Assembly: GCA_043803945.1 (NCBI GenBank)
Contig: JAZDJN010000054.1
Coordinates: 96,001 to 160,000, forward strand
Source: a bacterium
Lineage (GTDB): Bacteria > Bacteroidota > Ignavibacteria > UBA10030
Direction of reading: 5' to 3'
DNA length: 64,000 nt
In this document: one piece after another, positions 46,812 through 58,230 of the stretch
Layout of the letters: every line of letters begins with the position of its first letter
How positions within the stretch are numbered: the first letter of the stretch is position 1
Notes under the pieces: model-generated
Told to the model about the DNA's origin: nothing
Databases searched by the model: none
The model's input: only the letters and a program-made list of their open reading frames with translations
Translations under genes and position numbers: made by a program

Positions 46812-48233
46812 ATGTCCAATACAATAATTGTAGAGAAAGAACACATCGCAAGCCGCACGCCCGACCATGAGGTTTTGCGCCACGCAAAGCCAACCACAAA
46901 AAATCCAGTTAAGATTTTACCAACTGAAGTTCACTCAGTTCTTGCCAGGCATATGCTCGCGGATGGGTTCGACCTCGTGGTTGATTTGAAGCGAAGCAAG
47001 GGATCGTACCTTTTCGATTCTCGTTATAACAAAAAGTATCTCGATTTTTTTACCTTCTTCGCATCGGGAGCCATCGGAATGAACCATCCCAAGCTGACCA
47101 CTCCTGAATTTCTCGAAAAGCTCGGAATGATCGCTGTTAATAAACCTTCGAACTCTGATGCGTATACCGTTGAGATGGCAGAGTTCGTAGAAACCTTTAC
47201 CCAGATTGCGACACCGGAATATTTTTCTTATGTCTTTTACATTGACGGTGGAGCGTTGGCGGTTGAGAATGCATTAAAGACTGCCTTCGACTGGAAAGTG
47301 CGAAAAAACTTTCAAAAGGGGTACACGGAAGAGCGCGGTCATCAAATCATTCATTTTCGCCGCGCATTTCATGGCCGGAGTGGCTATACGCTCTCGTTGA
47401 CCAATACGGATCCAACCAAAACCAACTATTTCCCGAAATTTAAATGGCCCCGCGTCCATAACCCTGTTATGAAATTTCCGCTCAATTATAAGAATATTGA
47501 GCAGGTGATGAAAGAGGAGGAGATCTCCCTCCAGCAAATCAAACAGGCGATTATCAATTATCCTGATGATATCGCTGCAATCATTATCGAACCGATTCAG
47601 TGTGAGGGGGGGGATAATCATTTTCGGAAGGAATTTCTTGTCCAACTTCGCACGATCTGTAACGAGAACGAAATTCTTCTCATCTTCGACGAAGTTCAAA
47701 CCGGTGTCGGAATGACAGGTAAAATGTGGGCACATCAGCATTTTGTGCAGCCCGATTTGATGACCTTTGGGAAGAAAACTCAGATCTGTGGATTTATGAG
47801 CTCGAAACGGATTGATGACGTGCTGGAGAATGTATTCCACAAAGCGAGCCGGATCAACTCCACCTTCGGCGGAAATCTTGTCGACATGGTTAGATTTAAG
47901 AGGGTTCTTGAGGTGATTGAGGAAGAACGGTTGGTGGAGAATGCTGCCAAGGTAGGAGCTCATCTCCTGAAACATCTTGAAAGACTCGAGGTGGAATACC
48001 CGCAACTATTATCCAATGCTCGGGGCCGCGGTTTACTCTGTGCCTTCGATCTCGATTCAGCACAAAACCGCGATCAGCTTCGCACAAAGGCCTATGAGGA
48101 AGGATTAATTCTCATAGGTTGCGGCGATCGGTCCATCCGATTCAGACCGCCATTGAATATTTCCGAATCGGAGATTAATGAAGGAATTGCAATCATACAA
48201 AAAGCGTTAAAGGAGATAGAAGAAGGGGAGTAA
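46812..48233 (+). CDS. lat: L-lysine 6-transaminase (class III aminotransferase)
   Basis: HMLADG, NKPSNSD, GGALAVENALKTAFDWK, FHGRSGYTLSLTNT, DEVQTG, FGKK motifs. Confidence 0.9.
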   Translation: MSNTIIVEKEHIASRTPDHEVLRHAKPTTKNPVKILPTEVHSVLARHMLADGFDLVVDLKRSKGSYLFDSRYNKKYLDFFTFFASGAIGMNHPKLTTPEFLEKLGMIAVNKPSNSDAYTVEMAEFVETFTQIATPEYFSYVFYIDGGALAVENALKTAFDWKVRKNFQKGYTEERGHQIIHFRRAFHGRSGYTLSLTNTDPTKTNYFPKFKWPRVHNPVMKFPLNYKNIEQVMKEEEISLQQIKQAIINYPDDIAAIIIEPIQCEGGDNHFRKEFLVQLRTICNENEILLIFDEVQTGVGMTGKMWAHQHFVQPDLMTFGKKTQICGFMSSKRIDDVLENVFHKASRINSTFGGNLVDMVRFKRVLEVIEEERLVENAAKVGAHLLKHLERLEVEYPQLLSNARGRGLLCAFDLDSAQNRDQLRTKAYEEGLILIGCGDRSIRFRPPLNISESEINEGIAIIQKALKEIEEGE

Positions 48234-48269
48234 CAATATTCTCATTTTTATATTGAAGAAGGAGAACTG

Positions 48270-49115
48270 GTGGAAACTGCGGGTCGGGAATCTGCTCAAG
48301 AATTGGCACTCAATATGGAGTTTGTACATTACCTTCTGGTGAAATTCATCGCAGATGAGATTACCAATACTGGATTCAACAAAGGTGTTATCGGTGTCTC
48401 TGGTGGAGTGGATTCTGCTGTGAGTGCTTCTCTTACGGCTGAGGCGTTGGGTAAGGAGAATACAATCGGTATATTGATGCCGTACAAAACAAGCAGCCCA
48501 AAGAGTGTCGAAGATGCACTCGCGCTGATAGAGAAACTGGGTATTACTCATCAGGTTCTCGATATCTCACCAATGGTGGATGCCTATTGTGATCAGCACG
48601 ATGTGAAGGACCCAATGCGCATAGGCAATATTATGGCTCGCATGCGAATGATTCTACTGTACGATATTTCTGCCCGCGAGAAGGCTCTGGTCATCGGGAC
48701 AAGCAATAAGACAGAGTTAATGGTTGGGTATGGAACACTCTTCGGAGATACTGCATCAGCGATCAATCCTCTGGGAGATTTATACAAGACGCAAGTATGG
48801 CAGCTTGCTGAAGCATTGGGAGTTCCGGAAGGGATTATCAAAAAGCATCCAACGGCTGATCTCTGGGAAGGGCAAACGGATGAAGGCGAAATAGGAATCA
48901 GCTATTCGATACTTGATAAAATCCTCTATCAGATTGTTGATGAACGAAGGATCGATGAGGAAATAAAAGAAGCAGGCTGCGATATGACGGTTGTTTCGAA
49001 AATTCGAAGAATGATACAGACAAGCCAATTCAAACGACGGATGCCGCTTATCGCAAAAGTTTCGTATCGCACCATAAATGTCGATTTCCGTTATGTAAGA
49101 GACTGGGGGATTTAG
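48270..49115 (+). CDS. nadE: NH3-dependent NAD+ synthetase
   Basis: GVSGGVDS, GNIMARMRM, GYGTLFGD, PTADLWEGQTDE motifs. Confidence 0.95.
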   Translation: METAGRESAQELALNMEFVHYLLVKFIADEITNTGFNKGVIGVSGGVDSAVSASLTAEALGKENTIGILMPYKTSSPKSVEDALALIEKLGITHQVLDISPMVDAYCDQHDVKDPMRIGNIMARMRMILLYDISAREKALVIGTSNKTELMVGYGTLFGDTASAINPLGDLYKTQVWQLAEALGVPEGIIKKHPTADLWEGQTDEGEIGISYSILDKILYQIVDERRIDEEIKEAGCDMTVVSKIRRMIQTSQFKRRMPLIAKVSYRTINVDFRYVRDWGI

Positions 49116-49125
49116 GAAGAATGAG

Positions 49126-49173
49126 AACCTTCCGAAGGTCTCTCTGAATTACCTTTGAAACCTTTGGAAGGTT
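49126..49173. repeat. REP-like palindrome doublet
   Basis: aaccttccgaaggt ... aacctttggaaggtt; each arm is self-palindromic and the two are mutually inverted. Confidence 0.6.
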
Positions 49174-49186
49174 ACACGAGAAACCC

Positions 49187-49876
49187 ATGCCTGAAGAAAT
49201 ACAAAAAGGGACACTTTATCTCGTCGCCACTCCAATAGGTAATATGGAGGACATCACCTATCGTGCCGTTAAGATTCTTTCTTCTGTAGACCTGATCGCG
49301 GCTGAAGACACACGAACGACAAAAGTGTTACTCGATCATTACAATATCAGCAAGCCGATGTTGAGCTACTTCAGCTATAATGAGAAGCAGCGCACACCTC
49401 AACTCATTGAACGGCTGAAAGAAGGGGCTTCCATTGCTTTAGTTTCCGATGCGGGGACACCCGGAATTTCAGATCCAGCCTTTCACATTGTCAGAGTTGC
49501 ACTCGAGCACTTAATTCCAATCATACCAATTCCCGGTCCAACTGCATTTGTCGCCGCTCTGATTGTCAGCGGACTTGCAACAGAAAGTTTTGTGTTTGAA
49601 GGCTTCCCCCCTGTGAAGAAGGGAAGAAAGACATTGTTTGAGCGCCTGCAGCACGAATCTCGGACCATTGTGATCTATGAATCTTCACATCGCATTCAAA
49701 AGACCCTCAGAGAGATTAATCAATACTGGGGCAATAGGCGCGTAGTAGTAGCTCGCGAACTTACAAAAAAGTTCGAAGAAGTCATTCGTGGTTCGCTCTC
49801 TGAAGTACTCCCCCTAATTGAATTAAAGACACCGAAAGGGGAGTATGTTGTGGTTGTGGAAGGGAAAAAGAGATAA
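49187..49876 (+). CDS. rsmI: 16S rRNA (cytidine1402-2'-O)-methyltransferase
   Basis: LYLVATPIGN, AEDTR, SDAGTPGISDP, ARELTKKFEE motifs. Confidence 0.96.
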   Translation: MPEEIQKGTLYLVATPIGNMEDITYRAVKILSSVDLIAAEDTRTTKVLLDHYNISKPMLSYFSYNEKQRTPQLIERLKEGASIALVSDAGTPGISDPAFHIVRVALEHLIPIIPIPGPTAFVAALIVSGLATESFVFEGFPPVKKGRKTLFERLQHESRTIVIYESSHRIQKTLREINQYWGNRRVVVARELTKKFEEVIRGSLSEVLPLIELKTPKGEYVVVVEGKKR

Positions 49877-49924
49877 AAGTCTATCTTCTAAGAGTGATTA
49901 ATTTTTGTAAGAAGACAGACTTCT
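49875..49924. repeat. Palindromic element family A, copy 4
   Basis: aaaagtctatcttct-N20-agaagacagacttct overlapping the rsmI stop. Confidence 0.85.
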
Positions 49925-50083
49925 TCAACCATCGTCATGTGTCATCCATTGCAGGACGATTCGCTGTATCGTCCAATAGGCGAGACAGCATATAGCCCTA
50001 CAAGTTTTAATGTTCGGCGATTTGGAAAATCATCTCTAAATGGCGATATGACATATTGCCCTGCACTTCTCAAAAGAATCCTC

Positions 50084-50112
50084 TTGACAAATCCTGTATC
50101 TTATCGTATATT
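50084..50112 (+). promoter_or_regulatory. Sigma70 promoter of groESL
   Basis: TTGACA-17 bp-TATATT. Confidence 0.85.
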
Positions 50113-50137
50113 AGCACTCACATCAAGAGAGTGCTAA
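50111..50137 (+). promoter_or_regulatory. CIRCE element (HrcA operator)
   Basis: Perfect TTAGCACTC-N9-GAGTGCTAA. Confidence 0.97.
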
Positions 50138-50193
50138 TCACTCATCAATCTTGCAATTTATTACAAATCAACAACTTATAGGAGATAACGTCT

Positions 50194-50487
50194 ATGGCAA
50201 CACTCAAGCCTCTGGCAGATCGAGTCGTAGTAAAGCCATCAAAGGCCGAGGAAATGACAAAGGGCGGAATTATCGTTCCTGATACAGCAAAAGAGAAACC
50301 CGTTTGGGGTGAAGTGATCGCTGTTGGCCCAGGAAGAACCTCAGATGATGGTAAGCTCATTACTCCCGAAATAAAAGTCGGCGACAGAGTTCTCTACGGA
50401 AAATACTCCGGAACCGAAGTTACTGTCGATGCAGAAGAGCTTCTCATTATGCGTGAGAGTGATATTTTCGCAATAATGCCCAAGTAA
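50194..50487 (+). CDS. groES: Co-chaperonin GroES
   Basis: [30 protein letters not shown] motifs. Confidence 0.98.
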   Translation: MATLKPLADRVVVKPSKAEEMTKGGIIVPDTAKEKPVWGEVIAVGPGRTSDDGKLITPEIKVGDRVLYGKYSGTEVTVDAEELLIMRESDIFAIMPK

Positions 50488-52152
<1,665 letters not shown>

Positions 52153-52177
52153 CCTCAGGCTGTTGTTCCTTTTTAAT

Positions 52178-52213
52178 GCCCTTCAGAATGAATATTCTGA
52201 GGGGCTTTTTTTT
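52178..52213 (+). terminator. Intrinsic terminator of groESL
   Basis: gcccttcagaat-gaat-attctgaggggc followed by T8. Confidence 0.88.
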
Positions 52214-52339
52214 GCTTGACAACAAGAATGGAATTGTATAGTTTTCGATAGCGTTTCAGTGGTCATCGACAATGACACTGACTACCGCACCAAGCACCAT
52301 TAACCACCACATCCAATATCATTCACGGGAGGATTTATC

Positions 52340-52558
52340 ATGGATGCACTATTCAGTAAGTCGGTAAAGTCCGGCAAGATCACCTATTTCTTCGATGTCA
52401 GGGAAGCAAAGAATCAGAAGAAATATTTGACCATCACAGCGAGTCAACCTGCCGGCACGGCTGATGCAAAATTCACGAAGCGCAGCATTAATGTATTCAG
52501 CGATGCAGTGGATAAATTCGCTGAAGCGTTGACCGATGCTGTGGGGAATATGAAGTAA
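52340..52558 (+). CDS. DUF3276 / PUR-domain nucleic-acid-binding protein
   Basis: LFSKSVKSGKITYFFDV...KYLTIT...F single PUR repeat; RBS ggagg. Confidence 0.8.
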   Translation: MDALFSKSVKSGKITYFFDVREAKNQKKYLTITASQPAGTADAKFTKRSINVFSDAVDKFAEALTDAVGNMK

Positions 52559-52575
52559 TCAATCGTCACCGTTCC

Positions 52576-52615
52576 AGAGCCCCCCGGGAACTGCACAGTA
52601 ATCCGGGGGCTCTTT
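52576..52615 (+). terminator. Intrinsic terminator
   Basis: agagccccc...gggggctcttt. Confidence 0.7.
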
Positions 52616-52689
52616 CTGTCTGCCTCACGGCGCTCCTCTTCAAACCAATCTTGCTTGTACTTCCTTATTTCTCTACATTATTTTTAAGA

Positions 52690-54579
52690 ATGAAGATCCC
52701 CCAGGAAAAAATAGAAGAAATTCGATCGGCGATCGATATCGTCGATGTTGTTGGCCTCCACGTTCATCTTAAGAAACGGGGTAAAAGCTTCACCGGCCTT
52801 TGCCCATTCCATCAGGAAAAGACACCCTCCTTTACGGTGAGCCAGGAGAAACAGGTCTACCATTGCTTTGGCTGTGGGAAGGGGGGCAATCTCTTTACCT
52901 TTGTGATGGAGATCGAGAAAATCTCTTTTACTGAGGCCGTCCGTTCGCTCGCTGAAAAAGCTGGTATCCATGTTGTCTATTCCGACGTCGACGAACAGCA
53001 AAGCGAGATTGAGGCACTTTCCAATGTCCTTCGATATGCAGGATTAGAGTTCCACCATAACCTCATGAAGACTGAGGAGGGGAAGGAAGCGCTCACGTAT
53101 TTTCATCAACGCCAGTTTACCGATGATACAATAAGGACATTCGGACTTGGGTATTCGCTCCAAAGCTGGGACTCGTTATTGAGCCGTGCAACAAGCGAAG
53201 GATTCAGCAGAGAGCAACTTTTAAAAGCAGGATTGGTCCGGAAGCGTGAGGATGGTTCGGAGTACGATTATTTCCGCGGTCGGGCGATGTTCCCGATCCT
53301 TTCAACGAGCGGACGCATCGTCGGTTTTGGTGCACGAAAACTACGGGAAGACGATCCCCTCGGGAAATATATCAACTCTCCTGAGACACCGGTCTATAAT
53401 AAAAGTAAAATTCTCTACGGACTGTTTCATTCAAAAGATGCCATTCGTTCGGAAGAGCATGCATTACTCGTTGAGGGTTACGCAGATCTTATTTCATTGT
53501 ACCAGGCAGGCATCCACAATGTTGTCGCATCGAGCGGAACAGCGTTGACGGAAGAACAAATTCAAGTGATTGCCCGGTATACAAAGAAATTGTTTTTAGT
53601 CTACGACGCAGATTCAGCCGGATCAAATGCGACGCTTCGCGGAATGGATCTGGCGCTAGCAAAAGATTTGGATGTGAGTGTGGTGCAACTGCCAGAAGGA
53701 GAAGATCCGGATTCATTTATCAAGAAGTATAGTGGAAAGGAATTCCGTCAACTGCAGGAGAGAGCAAGCTCAATGATCGACTTCAAGGCCGGTCAATTTG
53801 CTCGCTCGGGTGCTTTTCAATCTCCAGAAGGCAAAGCCGAGGCAGTACGCAGTATCGTAAAGACGATTGCGCTCATTCCTGATGAATTGAAACGCAACTT
53901 TTTTATTAAAGATGTCTCAGCGAAGTATGACATTTACGAATCTGTTCTTCATCGTGAACTCGAGCGCTGGATAGCAAAAGGAAAAGGTGTCTCCTCAAAA
54001 GGATTTCTTCGGGAGAGAGCCTCGATAACCCCGGATCGAAGTGTTCGAACAACTTCCGGTTCATCTCAACCTCTGGATGCGAACGCACCGATTCCTGCCG
54101 CTGAAAGGGATCTGCTGAAATTGCTGCTTGAAGACCAGGCCGAGATCATTCAGTTCCTATTCTCTCATCTCACCTTATCCGACATTTCAAATGCTCAAAT
54201 TCATTCTGCTGTCGGGATGATCCTTGATCGCCTGGATGAAGGAAACCCTTCTCAGTTTGCTGATTGGGTTCAGAGCGTTACCGATGAAAGTCTTAAAACC
54301 ATTCTAACCGATATCGCTCTGAGCCGCTATGAACTCAGCAAAAAATGGCATACGGAAAACCTGGACTTTGGTGAGGCGGATCCATGGGAGATTGCTCGCG
54401 GTGTCATTGTGACATTGAAAAAGCAAGCTGTGCAGAAGGAAGTCGAATCCAATCAAAGGAGAATGAGAGAGGCAACGAAAAAGGGTGAAGATGTAATGGA
54501 ATATGTGCAGGCCCATCAGGAATTGCTGAATATTCTCCGATCCATTGAGGATGGTAAATTATTCGAGACAACAAAATGA
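52690..54579 (+). CDS. dnaG: DNA primase
   Basis: CPFHQEKTPSF..HCFGC zinc ribbon, KYINSPET, VEGYAD, YDADSAG, DPD motifs. Confidence 0.97.
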   Translation: MKIPQEKIEEIRSAIDIVDVVGLHVHLKKRGKSFTGLCPFHQEKTPSFTVSQEKQVYHCFGCGKGGNLFTFVMEIEKISFTEAVRSLAEKAGIHVVYSDVDEQQSEIEALSNVLRYAGLEFHHNLMKTEEGKEALTYFHQRQFTDDTIRTFGLGYSLQSWDSLLSRATSEGFSREQLLKAGLVRKREDGSEYDYFRGRAMFPILSTSGRIVGFGARKLREDDPLGKYINSPETPVYNKSKILYGLFHSKDAIRSEEHALLVEGYADLISLYQAGIHNVVASSGTALTEEQIQVIARYTKKLFLVYDADSAGSNATLRGMDLALAKDLDVSVVQLPEGEDPDSFIKKYSGKEFRQLQERASSMIDFKAGQFARSGAFQSPEGKAEAVRSIVKTIALIPDELKRNFFIKDVSAKYDIYESVLHRELERWIAKGKGVSSKGFLRERASITPDRSVRTTSGSSQPLDANAPIPAAERDLLKLLLEDQAEIIQFLFSHLTLSDISNAQIHSAVGMILDRLDEGNPSQFADWVQSVTDESLKTILTDIALSRYELSKKWHTENLDFGEADPWEIARGVIVTLKKQAVQKEVESNQRRMREATKKGEDVMEYVQAHQELLNILRSIEDGKLFETTK

Positions 54580-54701
54580 CTTTGCAGTTGAAACCGAAAA
54601 CTGCTCTGAAGTGTTTTAAAAAGTGATCCAATGACCCAATGTTTCTATCGTTCAAATAACATCACAATTTGGAGTGAGAAGTGCAGCGAACTACTCCTTT
54701 A

Positions 54702-54935
54702 ATGATTCATATCGTTCCCGGTAAATGCGATTATTGCGGTTGTTGTGTTGGTGTGTGCCCAGAGGATGCCATCGAGTTAATGGAGTCTTCTATCCGGATC
54801 ATTGATGAACGGTGCACGAACTGCAGCAAATGCGTTTGGGCTTGTCCCTGGGAAGTCATCGAATTTCACCGGGAAGGAATTACGCATCTTCCGAAAGAGG
54901 TCATTCTTGAACAACAAGCACCTCCTTCATTCTAA
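54702..54935 (+). CDS. 2x[4Fe-4S] ferredoxin
   Basis: CDYCGCCVGVCP and CTNCSKCVWACP motifs. Confidence 0.92.
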   Translation: MIHIVPGKCDYCGCCVGVCPEDAIELMESSIRIIDERCTNCSKCVWACPWEVIEFHREGITHLPKEVILEQQAPPSF

Positions 54936-54946
54936 GAGGAGCATGG

Positions 54947-56113
54947 ATGAAAACTAGTTATGATGTGATTATCGTTGGCGGGGGGCCTGCGGGCTCAACC
55001 GCTGCACGATATGCCGCAGCAGGAGGCGCTTCTGTCTTACTCCTTGAAAAGGATCGTGATATTGGCTATCCGGTTCGCTGCGCAGAAGCAGTTAGCCATG
55101 AAGGCGTAATCCAGTTCATTGAGCCCGATCCACGATGGATCGCAGCTTCAGTGACAAAGTTCCGAATAGTGGCACCCAACGGGAGTTCAATTTCTCCACG
55201 ACTCGATGGACTCGCCTATGTTCTGGAACGCCGCATCTTCGATTATGAGCTCGCAAAGCTCGCTGTGCGAGAGGGCACCGAAATTATTACCAAAGCATAT
55301 GTTTATGATCTCCTCAAAGAGGACGAGAACATTGTCGGTGTTAATGCCTTAATCAAAGATCAGAAATACGAATATCGAGCGAAAGTAATTATCGGTGCAG
55401 ATGGCGTGGAGAGTAGAGTTGGAAAGTGGGCTGGAATCGATACGACCTGTTCTATCCATGATATGGAGAGCTGTGCACAGGTCACGTTGAGCGGCATTCA
55501 TCTCGATGAAGGATTCCTCGATTTCTATTTTGGAGCTGCTGTAGCACCCAGCGGCTATCTCTGGGTATTTCCAAAGGGTCGAGACTCCGCAAATGTTGGT
55601 ATTGGAATCAATGTTGAACACGCAAGAAAGAAGTCGGCGATAAAGTATCTTGAGGAATTCGTCAATCAGCACTATCCGCACGCGGCACAACTCACTCGAA
55701 TCGCCGGAGGCGTGCCATGTGCAAAAACGTGTGATGAAATCGTGAAGGCAAATGTAATGCTTGTTGGCGATGCTGCTCACCAGGTGAATCCAGTCTCCGG
55801 TGGTGGCATTATCAGCGGCATGATTGGTGGTATGATTGCAGGGCAGGTAGCAGTTGAAGCAATCCAGAACAAGGACATCGCGCATTTGGTCGAGTATCAA
55901 AAACGCTGGCACAAGCGGCTCGGATGGCGGCATGAAGTTTTCTATCGAATCAAAGAGTCGATCTCCGACTTTTCCGATGAGACCTTGAATAAGCTCTGTG
56001 CCGACGCCAATAAATTGCCGGAGGAGAAACAAACTGTGGGTGCAATATTTCGTACAGCGCTATGGAATAATCCTTCCATGATGCTTGATATGGCAAAAGT
56101 ATTCATTTCTTAG
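54947..56113 (+). CDS. Geranylgeranyl reductase family FAD enzyme, digeranylgeranylglycerophospholipid-reductase-like
   Basis: GGGPAG, EKDRDIGYPVRCAEAV, RRIFD, GADG, PSGYLWVFP (PxxYxWxFP), GDAA...P.SGGGI motifs. Confidence 0.88.
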   Translation: MKTSYDVIIVGGGPAGSTAARYAAAGGASVLLLEKDRDIGYPVRCAEAVSHEGVIQFIEPDPRWIAASVTKFRIVAPNGSSISPRLDGLAYVLERRIFDYELAKLAVREGTEIITKAYVYDLLKEDENIVGVNALIKDQKYEYRAKVIIGADGVESRVGKWAGIDTTCSIHDMESCAQVTLSGIHLDEGFLDFYFGAAVAPSGYLWVFPKGRDSANVGIGINVEHARKKSAIKYLEEFVNQHYPHAAQLTRIAGGVPCAKTCDEIVKANVMLVGDAAHQVNPVSGGGIISGMIGGMIAGQVAVEAIQNKDIAHLVEYQKRWHKRLGWRHEVFYRIKESISDFSDETLNKLCADANKLPEEKQTVGAIFRTALWNNPSMMLDMAKVFIS

Positions 56114-56347
56114 TCCAAGCGAACACTCATTCCTTATTTTTGTTTTACATCTGACTCTTCGGATTGTCTTAGGCGGTGATTGCTGTTTGCATGCAGGTGT
56201 ACCCTCTACTCAAATGGTACCGATGGGCATCGATAATCAGGATTCCGATCAGGGAAATGAACCACCTATCACTTCATTAATTTCCTCCAGTAGAGGCTTT
56301 CTTGCACCTCATAACACCTTCCCGTATATTGATCTTGTAAAAGAAAG

Positions 56348-57397
56348 GTGGAAGTGAATCGGGAACAATTTCAACATATACTTGTCGTTCGAACCGACCG
56401 TATTGGCGACGTAATCCTCTCCCTTCCAATGATTACAAGCTTGAGGGCTCAATTCCCCTCCGCAAGGATTACAATGCTTTTGCGCGCCTATACTGCCGAA
56501 ATCGCTGAAAATTTTAAAGGATTGGATGCAATATTGCTGTATGATCAGGAAGGAAGGCAGAAACCATATTCAACAATGTTAAGGGAATTGAGGGCACAAC
56601 GATTCGATGGTGTCATTCTTGCACATCCCACTTTTCGCTTGGCTTCATTGATGTTCCAGGCCGGAATCCCAAGGCGAGTCGGAACTGGTTATCGATTGTA
56701 TTCGTTTTTATTCAATAGAAAAGTACTCGAGCATCGGAAGACGGCTGAGAAGCATGAAGCGGAATATAATCTCTCACTTCTTCATGCCCTTGGTTGTCAA
56801 TCTCTTCAACTCGTACCACCCCGAATTGAGATTCCGGCAGTTCTGGTTCAAAAGATGGAGCATGCACGAGAACTGAACCGGATTTCCGATCCCTATATCG
56901 TGCTTCACCCTGGAAGCGGCGGATCAGCCAGAGAATGGAAAGCAGAAAACTTTGGGGCACTCGCACAGAAGCTCATTCAGGATTCTTTCACCATTGTTGT
57001 GACTGGTATCAGTGTTGAAGAATTATTAGTACAGAAGGTTGTTCAGATGACCGAGGGCAAGGCAATCTCCATCGTTGGTTCGCTTTCAATAAAGGAGCTT
57101 GGTGCTTTAATACAGCACGCTGCCCTGTTCGTTTCGAATTCTACCGGTCCCTTACATCTTGCCGCCGCCGTGGCGGTTCCTGTCATTGCATTGTATCCGC
57201 CTATTCGGGAATGCAGTCCAACGCGCTGGGGCCCACTGACGGAGCGGAAGGTAATATTTGAAGCCGACAATCGGTTATGCAAACGTTGTGGTGGAGGTGA
57301 GTGTCAGGGAAACGACTGTATGGATCAGATATCAGTTGATCAGGTATATGCCGCTGCAAAATCCATGATATCAAAAAAGACTGTCTCTGAGGATTAG
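56348..57397 (+). CDS. GT9 glycosyltransferase (ADP-heptose:LPS heptosyltransferase-like)
   Basis: RTDRIGDVIL..P, LHPGSG, SNSTGPLHLAAA, RWGP motifs. Confidence 0.9.
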   Translation: MEVNREQFQHILVVRTDRIGDVILSLPMITSLRAQFPSARITMLLRAYTAEIAENFKGLDAILLYDQEGRQKPYSTMLRELRAQRFDGVILAHPTFRLASLMFQAGIPRRVGTGYRLYSFLFNRKVLEHRKTAEKHEAEYNLSLLHALGCQSLQLVPPRIEIPAVLVQKMEHARELNRISDPYIVLHPGSGGSAREWKAENFGALAQKLIQDSFTIVVTGISVEELLVQKVVQMTEGKAISIVGSLSIKELGALIQHAALFVSNSTGPLHLAAAVAVPVIALYPPIRECSPTRWGPLTERKVIFEADNRLCKRCGGGECQGNDCMDQISVDQVYAAAKSMISKKTVSED

Positions 57398-57398
57398 G

Positions 57399-58229
57399 GT
57401 GATCAAACAATACCTGCTTGTAGCATTTCTGGTGATGGGATATTTTTTTGAGAAGGCCCATGAACCACAGCAGATACCGATAAGTGCCCTCGCTGCTCAA
57501 ATTGCCGATTCGACAAAGCTCAGGTCGATAAAACAACACGCCTTTACTACAGGGGAAAAACTGACGTTTGACGTTGGTTATGGTTTCATCATTGCCGGTG
57601 AGGCAATAATGCAGGTTCCCCGGATCGATACCATCGATGGTCGGAAGAGTTTTCAGGTATTGTTTACCGTGAATTCCACCTCAACATTTTCATGGATTTT
57701 CAAAGTTGAGGACCGGTATGAAACAATGCTCGATGTCGACGGGCTCTTTCCGTGGCGCTTCAATCAGAAAATTCGGGAGGGTAAATATCGGAGGGATTTC
57801 AGCGCAAAATTTGACCAACGCAAACACGTTGCTTATGCGAATGATAAAATTTATCCCATCCCGCCTTACGTCCAAGATGTTGTTTCGGCATTCTATTTCA
57901 TCAGAACGCTCGATTATTCAAAGTCAAAACCGGGTGAAAAGGTGTTTCTGTATAATTTCTACAAAGATACCACTCATACTCTCGCAGTTAAATTTCTTGG
58001 CCGGCAGCGTATTGAGGTGGATGCAGGTACGTTTGATTGCGTCATTGTCGAACCGCTCATCAAGGAGGGCGGCCTGTTTAAAAGTGAGGGAAGGGTGTTA
58101 ATCTGGCTCACGAATGATGAACGAAAAATTCCGGTGAAAGTCAGCACAAAGGTTGTCATTGGCTCGATTGACGCCGAACTGCGCGAATACTCAGGCATCG
58201 CAGGACCAATCACAGCGAAAGTAAAGTAA
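57399..58229 (+). CDS. DUF3108-family exported protein
   Basis: GEKLTFDV.YG, FKVEDRY, DVVSAFYFIR, IWLTNDERKIPV motifs. Confidence 0.8.
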   Translation: MIKQYLLVAFLVMGYFFEKAHEPQQIPISALAAQIADSTKLRSIKQHAFTTGEKLTFDVGYGFIIAGEAIMQVPRIDTIDGRKSFQVLFTVNSTSTFSWIFKVEDRYETMLDVDGLFPWRFNQKIREGKYRRDFSAKFDQRKHVAYANDKIYPIPPYVQDVVSAFYFIRTLDYSKSKPGEKVFLYNFYKDTTHTLAVKFLGRQRIEVDAGTFDCVIVEPLIKEGGLFKSEGRVLIWLTNDERKIPVKVSTKVVIGSIDAELREYSGIAGPITAKVK

Positions 58230-58230
58230 T

